Positions 52,401 to 64,000 of a stretch of DNA of 64,000 nucleotides are shown here, piece after piece (position 1 is the first letter of the stretch; each line of letters opens with the position of its first letter). The notes under the pieces were generated by a model that saw only the letters and a program-made list of their open reading frames with translations, made no database searches and was not told where the DNA came from. The translations under genes were made by a program, and so were the position numbers. The stretch covers positions 186,001 through 250,000 of the forward strand of contig MCFH01000052.1 in assembly GCA_002104945.1 (NCBI GenBank). Direction: 5' to 3'. This DNA is from Piromyces finnis finn. Its lineage: Eukaryota > Fungi > Neocallimastigomycota.

Positions 52401-52615
52401 TAATTATCAAATTTATAAGTTGAATTTAATTTAATATCTAAATCAGCTTCAATGGTTGAAATTATCGTTTAAAAATTGTAAATATCAGCTTTTTCTCCCT
52501 TGATCAATTTTATATAAAATACTGATGTTAAAACTTTTTGTCTTTTAGGAATCAAATTGAAAGTTTTCATTAATTTCTCGATATCAATATCAATATTTAA
52601 TTTAAAGTAAATTGG

Positions 52616-52735
52616 TGTAAAGATATCAAACGCCTCAACTTGATATCTTTAATGTAACTTAAGCCACAAGTATTATTGTTTAAGTTACACAATTTATATT
52701 GCAGAAAAAGAAAATGAGACATAATTTATTTAAGT
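52616..52735. mobile_element. L1 LTR terminal fragment (reverse orientation)
   Basis: Reverse complement of 54555-54675. Confidence 0.75.
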
Positions 52736-53242
52736 ATCCTGAAAGTGTCCATGTCCAAATTATTATGACGATAACTCTCTGTAATAGTTATTATACATTT
52801 AATAATAATTATTATCTACAATATAATAATACAATATATATTTTGTATTATTAAATTGAGGAATTTCTTAAAAAAAATGATAAAATAAATAAATGAGTTT
52901 ATTATAAGCGAGTTATAATAAACAATACAAAATATTAAGAGTATTTTTAGTTTAAATATTTTTATTAATATAGTATTTTGAAAAGGTTATTTATTATAGT
53001 TTGTTCTTATAATAATAACTTTGGATTCTTTAATGAAATCCAAGAGTTCTCTTATTTATATATTTATTAAAATTTAAATTTAAATGAATAATTTCTAAAA
53101 TTAACAAATAATCTTTTTAGGAAAATATTAGAAGAAAAACCTAAAAAGAAATTCGATTGATATTCTAAACATACCAATCATCATAATATTAAGTAAAACC
53201 TAATAAAGGAAAAACCTTAATATCCGATATTTCTAATGTGTC

Positions 53243-53792
53243 AATTTCAAATATTAAATTTACTATATAAAAAATGTGTATTAATAATCTCACAAAGAAC
53301 TTCTTAAAGTTGTTCTTTGTTCAACTTATTTATACTTTCATTTTTTAATATAATATAGACATTTTTTAATATAATATAGATATTAATAAAGTATAATAAT
53401 AATATTTTTATGTTATACGTGTATAATAATATAAATATAAATAATAATTTTCTTTAAATATCGATATTAATAAGTTGTTAAAAATAATATTAATAATTAT
53501 TTAAATAAATCTTATTTTACTAATTGGTTTTGTTTAATATTAATTAATTGTTACACTATTTATCTCCGTGTAATAAATAGCTTTCCAATTAATATTTATA
53601 TTAAATAAACTATTATTAGTAAAATATTAAATTATTTAATATTTATTTTTAGTTAGATTATGTCAAAATCACAGTTCATGAAATTTGACATTTCATGAAA
53701 TTTCATAATTTTGAAATTATTAATTAAATTAATTAAAATATTAATTTAATAATATTTTACTAATAATAGTTTATTTAATATAAATATTAATT
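53243..53792. mobile_element. Partial LTR of the 25822 family with its terminal 130 bp inverted
   Basis: Forward match to about 53635, then reverse-complement terminus TGTCAAAATCACAG from 53661. Confidence 0.75.
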
Positions 53793-53809
53793 CTTACAAT
53801 GAGTGTAAG

Positions 53810-54675
53810 TGTAAAGTCGAACACTGAAAGAATAGATTAGTATATCTATTCTATTACAATAACACTATAATTAAAATAAAAATTGTTTTATAAAAATATC
53901 TTTTATTATAATAGAAATTTTATTAATAACAATTGCATTGATAAAATGATGAAAAATATCTTCTATTTATATTTTTTCTAAATACATTTATATTATATTA
54001 TAACTATTTATTTAAAATATATTATTATTTAAAACCTACACTAAAATCTTAACTATTAATAAAATATTTAAATTATAACTATTTTAGTAAATCAAAAAGT
54101 ATTTAAAACCAATAGGATTCTACTCCAGGAAGCTCAACGCTACAGAAAGGAAATACTCTACTTTCGATAGAGAACTACTAGCCTTATCAGAAACTTTACT
54201 CCATTACAAGCTACTTTTACAACAAGGCCAGAAAATTTACTGTGCAACCAATCATAAGAACTTAGTAATTTATATCAACTCGGGATCAAAAGTTGAAACC
54301 AATCGAAAACTATTAATAAAATATTTAAATTATAACTATTTTAGTAAAACTAAATAGGTAATTCAAATCAAGTACTATTCGATTTGAATATGTGCCCATG
54401 TATTATTTATATATTAATCATTTATTATTTATATACTATTCATCTTTTTCTATCAAAAACAATACTAAAGCTAAGAAATTAAATTTCTCAATTTAATTTA
54501 TTTGTAAAACATTAAAAATAAATTAATAATTTATTTTGTTTCAAACTTTAATTATTAATAAATAAATTATGTCTCATTTTCTTTTTCTGTAATATAAATT
54601 GTGTAACTTAAAAAATAATACTTGTGGCTGAAGCTACATTAAAGATATCAAGCTGAGGCGTTTGATATCTTTACA
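53810..54675. mobile_element. L1 solo LTR carrying a captured RNase H fragment
   Basis: TGTAAAG...CTTTACA with GTAAG TSD; 216-bp insert at 54092-54307 flanked by 41-bp direct repeats. Confidence 0.85.
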
Positions 54676-55454
54676 GTAAGAAGTTATTTATAAAATATAA
54701 ATGACTTCTTCTACAAATTAATAATAATTAAATAATTAACTATTACTAATTTGAGAAAGAATATAAAAATATTAATTTCGTGTTTATTATATAAAAATAC
54801 TAATAAATAAAAATATTAAATATTAACACATAAATATAAAAACGCACGTTAAATAAACATTACTTTTTAAAATAATTAATTCTTTATTTATTAATAAATT
54901 TATATAGTAATAACTCTTGATTTCTCAAAAGAGAATCAAGATTATTCTTTTATATTAATTTAATACATTATACATGGATTGGTTAAAATGATACAACTAA
55001 TTTAATGTAATAAAACAATGTATTTAAACAATGTATGTATTAAATTAATGTATTAAATGATGTATTAAGTGATGTATTAAATAATATATTAAATAATGTA
55101 AATAATAAATAATAAATAATTTATTATTTATTATTTATTATTCTCAAATGGGGATGGAAGTTTCTTGTTTGTCTCGCTGAAGGATTAACTGTCGTTGAAG
55201 CATGGAATTATTGTAAACAACACTATGGTTAAGAAGGTATAAAATACTAAGAAGATTTAAAAAAAATGATTTAAATCATCCTTTTTGAAAACTTTAAATT
55301 ACTTAAAAATATTTTTAGTTTTATAAAATTTAAATGATACAATATATAAACATTTTTATAATAGTGAATAAAAATTTCTAATATGAATTTAAGAAACCAA
55401 AATAAAATAAAATAAAATAATGCATTATAAAGTTCATTAAAAACTCCAAAAATA

Positions 55455-55935
55455 ATAAAGTTTGAAACAAAATAAATTATTAATTTATTTTTAATGTTTT
55501 ACAAATAAATTAAATTGAGAAATTTAATTTCTTAGCTTTAGTATTGTTTTTGATAGAAAAAGATGAATAGTATATAAATAATAAATGATTAATATATAAA
55601 TAATACATGGGCACATATTCAAATCGAATAGTACTTGATTTGAATTACCTATTTAGTTTTACTAAAATAGTTATAATTTAAATATTTTATTAATAGTTAA
55701 GATTTTAGTGTAGGTTTTAAATAATAATATATTTTAAATAAATAGTTATAATATAATGTAAATGTATTTAGGAAAAATATAAATAGAAAATATTTTTTAT
55801 TATTTGATCGATGTAATTGTTATTATTAAAAATTTCATTATAATAAAAGATATTTTTATAAAAACAATTTTATTTATTTAGTGTTATTGTAATAGAATAG
55901 ATATCCTAATCTATACTTTCTGTGTTTACATTACA
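55455..55935. mobile_element. L1 LTR, reverse orientation, truncated and without the insert
   Basis: Reverse complement of 53810-54550 lacking 54092-54348. Confidence 0.75.
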
Positions 55936-56880
55936 ATTTAATTTGAATTCAATATTAAGAAGTCATTATAAATGTTGTTAAATAAAGAATTTCTTATAAT
56001 TTTAGAATAAATTCATAAACTTAATTTGATTTGAATTTATTTTAAAGAAGTTATCTATTTAATAAATTTATATTTTTATTAATAAATATAAAATATATTT
56101 ATTAATAATATACTTAATTATATACTATTTATCTATTTTTATTGAAAAATAGTATTAAAATATTAAAGCTAAGAAATTAAATTTCTCAATTTAATTTGTT
56201 TTAAACTTTAATTATTAATAAACAGATTATGATCCATTTTCTTTTTCTGTATTATAATTTATATAACTTTAAACAAAAATATTTGTGGCTTAAATTACAC
56301 TAAAAATAAAGATGTGGCGTTTGATGTCTTTAAATTTATATAGTAGGAATTAATAACTTTATTATTTTTATTAAGTAGAAGAATCATTTTAACGTCATGG
56401 ATACCTTAAATCTATTTGTTAATATATTGTTTTAATTTTTAGGAATAAAAATTTAAAATTTTATTTTTTTTTATTTTTTGTTTTTCATACAATGTTCCAA
56501 TTGTTTTTTTAGATATAGTAAAAAAGAATTTACTCACAAGTTCACCATTTTCAAAAAAAGTGAAATAAAATACCTTTTTCTGTAACTTCAAAAAAATTTT
56601 AAAATTGCAGATTTCATTATTAGTAAAATATTCAAAACAATTTTAACATTGTCAAATTAAATTGAAAAAAATTTATTCACTAAAGTTTTTTTGTATCTTT
56701 TAAACAAAAATTAGGACATAATGATGATTAAGGATTATTTTTACGACTTTAGTTTTAAATGATAAAGAACCGTAATATGGAAAGAATATTTAAAGAAAAT
56801 GAATATTAATAAAGGATATAAACTCTTTAAAATAACTTAATTGTATTCAGGATTTTTAGATCCACTTAAAACAATAATTA

Positions 56881-57001
56881 ACTTATTCTCATACACTAAT
56901 TTCAATGAGATTCCAAATACATCCATTAATGAACCAGTAACTTTATTCTCATACACTAATTTCAATTGAGATTCCAAGCACATTCATTAATGAACCAGTA
57001 A
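56881..57001. repeat. Tandem duplication, 2 x about 60 bp
   Basis: TTATTCTCATACACTAATTTCAA...AATGAACCAGTAA occurs twice. Confidence 0.9.
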
Positions 57002-57343
57002 CTTTAAGTAGAGATGTTTTCACTTTTCTAAAGACGCAGATATCAATTAGATTTTTGAATAAGGGTAATTCCTTTAACACTGTAATTTAATTTTTAATTC
57101 AAAAAAAAAAAAAATTAAAGATACCTCTCAATTTATTAAAATCAAATTTTTTAATGGACTATAAATAATTAAAAAAAAAAATAAAAATTCGAACTGAATT
57201 TTCAAAATTCCTAAAGAAGTGTTAAAAAAGTATTTTAAAGAAAAGAAAAAGCTTTTAATTTTATATTGAAAATAAAGTTAAATATATGAATGAATATATT
57301 TATGAATATTAAATAAAAACTTAAATTATTAATAAAAGAAATT

Positions 57344-57550
57344 TGTAAAAGTTTTATAAAAACAGATTATAAAATTTTATAATGAAACAGAAACACTAAA
57401 AATTAAAAGAATAAAAAATATCTTTTTAAAATTATCTTTTTATTTATATATATTTAGTTATTAACTAATTATAGTCAATAACAATTACATCGTTTTTACA
57501 TAAAAAATATTATGTGTTTATATTTTTTAATGATTATATTCAAATATATA
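57344..57550. mobile_element. L2 LTR fragment truncating the downstream polyprotein
   Basis: TGTAAAAGTTTTATAAAAACAGATT start; ACAATTACATCG block. Confidence 0.65.
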
Positions 57551-60500
57551 ATCCTAACCCTAACAATAGTAAGGAGGAGTTGCAAAACATGATGAAAAAC
57601 TTCATGGAACAAATGCAAACACAATTTATGAACCTTACTGCTACCTTGAATGCGACCCTTCAAACTTCAATCTCAAAACAAAACAAAAAACTACAACATC
57701 TAGAGACTGATATAGCCAATAAAGCTGATAACTTACAGGTCCAAAACCTAGCAAACGTGATTGACATCAATACTGTTAAACCCACCGACCTGAACCTCGC
57801 AGTAAACGAAGTTAAAGAAGAACTTCAATTGAACCAATTAAAAACCGCTAAGTCAAGTGACTTAATTCCCTTAGAAGATGGATTAACTCAACAGCAAGCA
57901 TCCATTGAAAACACTGACCAAAAGGTCTCACAGCTTACAAAGAAACTAACACTCTTAGAAAAGGAACTAAGAAATATAACTCAACAAGCGATTGATAGCC
58001 ACGCTTATACAGATAATATCACTAACGCTATCAAAAACGAAATGGCAGAAAAGCTTCAAGCCACCAGAATTGATTCAAAACAGGCTATCCAGAAGCTACA
58101 GAATCAACTTATCACCACTTACCATATGAAAGGTAAAACCGAAGAAGAATTTATTAAAAATATTAATAATTTTAAGGATATACTAGAAAATCACGCCGTA
58201 ATTCAAACTCAACTTCAAGAGAGAATAAAATCTCTTGAAACTGAACAGCTCAATATAGAAGGAAACGCAAACATAGATTCTAAAGTCTCCACTCTCAGAG
58301 GACTCTACGAAGATGTTCTTAACAAATACGAACAAATACAAGTTTCCATTAAGGATGAACAAATAAAGAATTGTCTAGAAGAGATTACCACTATTAAGAA
58401 GAAACTCAATAAGATTGATCATTTAGATATTGACAACATTCAAGATGAATATAAATCCCTATTCCATTCTAATACTAAGACCAAGAAACTTTTCAATGTA
58501 AATATTAATTCGGAAACACTCGAAGTCACAATCATTCCTAAAAACGATAAATGCCAAAGGATTATTAATACACTAATCAACGAGAGATATTTAATGGAAA
58601 CTAGTTTTAGTAACCCAACCGAAGAAATTTCCCTTAATAATATCTCTAGGTTCCGAAGTAAATCTTTTATTGGTCACTCCACCTTAGACGATAGAGAAGA
58701 AGAACAAGAACAAAGAATCAATGAAAAACTCGAAGAACAAGAAAATAACTTAAATAGAAGAATTTGATTTGGAAATCAGAAACCATCACTACTCTGCCTC
58801 TTCTTCACAACAAAGAAACGATTCTTCTGATCTCACTAGTAAATTTAACAATCACTTCAAAGATGAAGACGCCAAACAAAACTACTTTGATATCAAATTT
58901 CACCGCACTAAAGTCTACAACATCCCCGAGAATGAAAATCGCGATAAATTCCAAAAGCTTTTACAAGAAACCAAGCCTGACTTTAGTACCGGATCAAAAA
59001 ACGAACAGTACTACCACTACAAAACACACCCTAGAATCTATAACACCAAGGTTTCGCCAGTTGTGCCCTTTCGCCCAATGGAATTTCAAGACTTACCCCT
59101 TGAGATTCAGGCAAACGTATCAGGGTTCCGGTCTCTATTTAATATACGAGCACCGAAGTACACGAACAAAACTAACGGTTATGAATTCCTACTTAATCTC
59201 AAAGCTTATTTACAAGCCTACTGCCCACGCGTAAACGAAATACAAATTAGGGATGCTATTATTTCCAGGGGGGCAAGGAAGTTAGATATTGGTACGAAAA
59301 AACATATAAAACTAAACTCGATAATAAAGAACTTGCTTGGAATGAATCTACTACCTGGCAAAAGTTAAACAATTTCATCTACCAGTTTGAGAATGAATTC
59401 TGTGAACTTTCACTCCATGAACAAGAAAGTAAATGGAGATCTTTAAAAATCAATAGTCTTAGTATTGAAAGCTTAGAAATCCTCTTAGAAAATATTGAAA
59501 AAATCGGCAACAACATTAACAAATCTTATTTCAGTAGATTTACTAAATTATCAAAAGCTTTACCAACCGCCTTTGCTGAGAAATGTCTTAAGAAACTCCC
59601 AAAATTACCATTGAAAGACCCAAGAGAAGATTTTATCGAACAAGACGAAGAAAATAAGATCATTTATAAAGAATTTATTGGAACTATATTCAAAACTATT
59701 GCTGAAGCTGAAGGCGATAAAAGCATGAAGGAAGATCTGAAATCATTTATAAATAACCATAAAATTACCTCTAATCAAACTAAGGATAAACAAACTATTA
59801 AACATTATTCAAAACAATACAATAAGATAGAAAACAAAACCAAGAGATTAAGAAATACCACGCCTAATGGGAGGCCGAAAGTCACCCACAATACAGAAAA
59901 AAGCGTCATAGATGATAATGTAGGTTATAATCAAAAAAGAAAACTAACCCAAGAATTCATTCATAACACTATAGAATCCATTAAAAATTCAAAATACCTC
60001 AATAACCCACGTTTCGGAGGAAAAATGCATTACAACAAAGCTTTAATTATAGATAACAAGCATAAAGCCAAATATGGTATCGTATTATTGGATTCAGGAT
60101 CTGCAGGCAACTGCATTGGTGAAAACATTATAACTAATTTAAATATTAAAAAATACTCAAATAACATTGTTCATACAATACAATCGGGTGAAACAATCAC
60201 CGAAATTAAAGAATATTGCTATTTAACCATTGGAGTAGAAATTAAAAAGGGAATATACTACTTCACTAATGTAAGGTTAAGTATCATGCCAATTAATGGT
60301 CCAATCAACCATCAACAGAAAAACTTTTACTATGATAAAATCATCCTTAACGACGACCTTTTATTTAAAATGAGAAAACTCCACCTCGATGCAAATTATT
60401 TTCCGTACTTCCTCAACCATGAAGAAAATAGAAAGGAAGAATTCAGAGAATTGCTACAAAAGAGAAAATTCGTTATAGACGAACAGTGGGACAAACAAAA

Positions 60501-63102
60501 TTTAAATGAAAAAGGCAAAATCACTGTAATGAAACAATCAAAACCCAAAGGTAATAATAACCAGATCCATAATACCGAAACTATTATTCTCTCAACAAAC
60601 GAAAAGCTCAAGATAGAACAGAAATTACTCCAACAGAAACAAAAGAACCAAAGCTTTGTAATTTCGACTGATCATAAACAGGGACTCGAAGAGTTTATTA
60701 TTAAAGAAATCAAGAACCTTCCCGAAGAACTACAGGAATACAAACAAGTTTTCGAGTCTCCACCCAAAGGTAAAATTCTTGATAGAAAAACACAAAATTT
60801 AAATGCTTACCTTCCATATGACAAAGAAAAAGTCAAGAGGCTTCCAATGATGCCTCATATCAGCCTCGATCAAAGCCAAGAAAAAGCCCTAGAAGAGGAA
60901 TTTCAGGAGCTTGAAGAAAGTGGAAAAATAGAAAAGATAAGGGCCAGTTCGGCATGCAACGTATTTAATGTTCCAAAAAAGGACGGAACATTTAGAACGG
61001 TATTCAATTACGTGATGGTCAACAACTGCTTACATCACAACAACTACCCTATTCCCAAAATAATCGAACTAGTGCACAGAGCTGCACAATACAAATATCA
61101 TATTCTCCTCGATTTGAGAAACGCATATAATCAAATATTCTTGGAACCAAAATATCGTTTTTTGACCAGTTTCCGCTTCAAAAACCAGACTTACCAATGG
61201 AAAGTTCTACCCTTCGGTCTATCTACCGCTCCTTCAATATTCCAATCTATATTAAACTTACTACTTTAGGAACATTTAAACAAGGGGATAGATATCTACC
61301 TTGACGACATTCATATTTATGCCCAAAGTAAAAAGGACTGTATAAATCTATGTGCCTATACTCTTAAAAAATTCAAAGAAAACAACTTCTACTGCAAGCT
61401 AGAAAAATGTTTATTCTTTCCAGAAGAATTTGAATACCTTGGATATAAAATTGGATTCGAAAAAATACGCCCAGTTTCTACCAAACAACTTGATATTAAA
61501 GAATGCCATAGTCAAAAGGAATTTCAACAACTTTACGGATTCCTTAACTACTTTAAAGATTATGTAAATAATTTCACAGAAAAAACGAAGAATATCACCT
61601 TAGGCTTATCTAATAAAAGTACAACTTGGACTAAGGAAATGGAAAACGAGCTAAATTATTTCAAGAAACTTATACCTAACCTTCCGGATCTCGCTCCTTT
61701 CAAACCTAACCATGACATTCTAATTCTAACCGACGCATCGGAAATCGGAATTGGTGCCGCAATTTTTCAGGCCGCCCACAACAATGTTCAAAACTACGTT
61801 TCAAATAACGTATACAAGAGTAATATTAATCGTGAAACTATCGAAAATCTTTTTGGTCATAAGAAAGGGACGTATTTCGGACATAATGGACGCGTTATTA
61901 ATAACTCCGATAAAGCAAAAAATCGTGAAGATATCGATCCACCAATCAAATTAAATGAAGTTATGAATACTATGGAAATTAAGAATAAAAACTTAACTGA
62001 ACTTAAAAAATATTTAAAGCCAATCGGTTTCTATTCAAGAAAACTTAACTCTACCGAAAGAAAATATTCAACCTTTGATAGGGAATTACTCGCTCTATCA
62101 GAAACCCTTCTCCATTATAGATTATTATTACAACAAGGACAGAAGATTTATTGCGCTACAGATCACAAGAACCTTGTAATATACATTAACTCAGGATCTA
62201 AAGTAGAAACAAATAGAAAACTCCGCCTATTCGAAAATATCTGTAACTTTAATATTATTCCGTGCTACATAGAGGGAAAGGATAATAAAATTGCCGATCT
62301 CTTATCAAGATTCATAAGGATGGAACACAATAACGAAGAAAGTAACAATCCTAATGATAACCCTCAACAGATGAATAATATCGAAGAAGTCAATTCATTA
62401 GATTTCATTATAAACGCAATTGAGTTAAAAGATAAAGAATATTCAAACAAACAAGACATCAACGACGAAGACACTGATTTTAAAGTCTTCAAGGCTACCA
62501 TTAATTCATTAATTCAGAGTAATAAACAAAACGAATTAAAAGAATACCTATTTAAATGGTACCAAAATCAGAATACTCTATTCGAAAGTTTAAAAGAACA
62601 AATTGTAAATTTACTCGAGGAAAATACCTACTTCGAAAAACAATATCGAAAACAAGTAAATCTTAGATGTGAAGATTTAAAGGAAGTTCTAAATCGAAAG
62701 GAACAATTTAATCAGGAAATAAATAAATTAAAGGAAGAAATACACTCCATACAAACAGGCAAAACACAAATCGAAACAAAAAGAAAACTTGATAAATTAA
62801 ATCAAAAGATAAACGATCTCAGATACGATTTAAATCCCAAAGCCGAGCGCATTGAACTTACCAAAAAAGTAAATACATCGGAAAAACAATTAGAATCCTT
62901 ATGGAAAACCATGGAAGAATTAAAAAATAAAATTGAGAACACGAACAAAAGAATAAATGCGTTAATAATAGACAACGAACTAAAGGAAATATTTCCCACT
63001 TCCGACACCGCCATTAGTAATGAACTAAAGAAAAGAAAACTTTCGAACTTTCAAATTGAAATAGATTTGACTAAAGAACAACATGGAAAAACATGTGAAT
63101 AA
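57551..63102 (+). mobile_element. gag-pol: Divergent Ty3/gypsy-like polyprotein of about 1850 codons: coiled-coil region, capsid-like Gag, PR, RT, RNase H with insertion, coiled-coil tail; no integrase visible
   Basis: ORFs 57514, 59611 and 61639 share one frame; compensating +1/-1 shifts near 58750 and 59270 and one TAG at 61267-61269; LLDSGSAGN, LPFGLSTAPSIFQ, YLDDIHIY, LTDAS, IADLLSR. Confidence 0.88.
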
Positions 63103-63922
63103 TTGATTAGTCTAGATATGCTTAATTAATTAATATTTAATATATTTAATAAAATTTAAAAAACCTTATTAGTAATAGTTATTAGTTATTTCATTATAGT
63201 TAATTTTTATAATTCATATAAATAGTTAAAAAATGTATTATTTGAAAAACTAGTTTTTTCTAGTTTTTATTCGTTAATATATTCGTTAACCACTAAGTTT
63301 ATCAATTATTAAATTTGTTAAAAAACATTAATCACTAGTTATAGTCATTAATAGATTAACTTAGTTATAATTCTCAGAAAAACCCGCAGTTGAGGATTTA
63401 AGTATTAATGTGAAAACAAGTTTTTTAACAAATAAAATATAAAAACATTTAAATAAAATTATCTTAAATAAAATTTAATCTTAAAAACGAACAAATACAT
63501 TCATTAAAAGAATTAGTGTAAATACAATTATATTTACAAATTAACGTAAAGAGCTTAGTTTGATACGTAATATAACTAAAATTAACGTGAAAACTTCTTG
63601 TAAAAAGATTTATTACTTCAATATATACATTGGTTAATTATGCACATATTCAATATAATTATACAAAACTAAATACTAATTTTTATAAATATTAAAATAA
63701 TAAAACTATATAAAAACTAATTAAATACATTTTTGATTCAATTTGAGTAAACTACAAATTGAATACATTCCATTTATTACCCATATATTAGTTAAATATT
63801 AATAATACTGTTTATTATATATTTATTATTAAAAATACTAATTAAAACTATTCTAAGTTATTAAACTAATTTTAATTAAAAACTTTTTAAGCTTTAAATA
63901 TTTAAATTAATGGATAATTCTA

Positions 63923-64000
63923 ATGGAAAACAGCCCTATATGCTGGTTATCCAAGAAGCAAACTTGTGTAGCTACATCTACTGTTGAGACTGAGTACATT
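63923..64000 (+). pseudogene. pol: Ty1/copia RNase H fragment, running off the window
   Basis: ENSPICWLSKKQTCVATSTVETEYI matches the copia W.SKKQ..VA.ST.EAEY motif. Confidence 0.85.

Noticed and set aside
56881-57001. LRR gene remnant
   Set aside because: The 20-codon period and broken frames do not fit an LRR consensus convincingly.
57514-57550. Start of the 417-aa ORF as called
   Set aside because: The first codons come from an L2 LTR fragment; the true start is M at 57588 or has been deleted.

Overview
Extremely AT-rich eukaryotic DNA with no recognisable host gene. It is almost entirely a nest of LTR retrotransposons, solo LTRs and their fragments. The base composition and element types suggest an anaerobic gut fungus (Neocallimastigomycota); this is inference only. 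Two elements retain both LTRs: (i) a non-chromovirus Ty3/gypsy at 8330-15266 (-) with near-identical 419-bp LTRs, TATC TSD, tRNA-Ala-like PBS, a -1 frameshift signal and three nonsense codons in the integrase region; (ii) a chromovirus at about 18096-25782 (-) with one intact ~1500-codon Gag-Pol-chromodomain ORF and a Tf1-type self-priming site. The window also holds an RT-deleted chromovirus, several decayed gypsy copies, TSD-flanked solo LTRs and Ty1/copia remnants. Main observations: a ~38-kb inversion (about 4648-42619) reconstructable from reciprocal chimeric LTRs, swapped TSDs and split genes; a divergent ~1850-codon retroelement polyprotein (57.55-63.1 kb) with coiled-coil regions at both ends and no visible integrase; tRNA-like Pol III boxes inside short LTRs; a retro fragment captured inside a solo LTR; and a CpA>TpA mutation bias. 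Alignments and coordinates were read by eye and are not computed.
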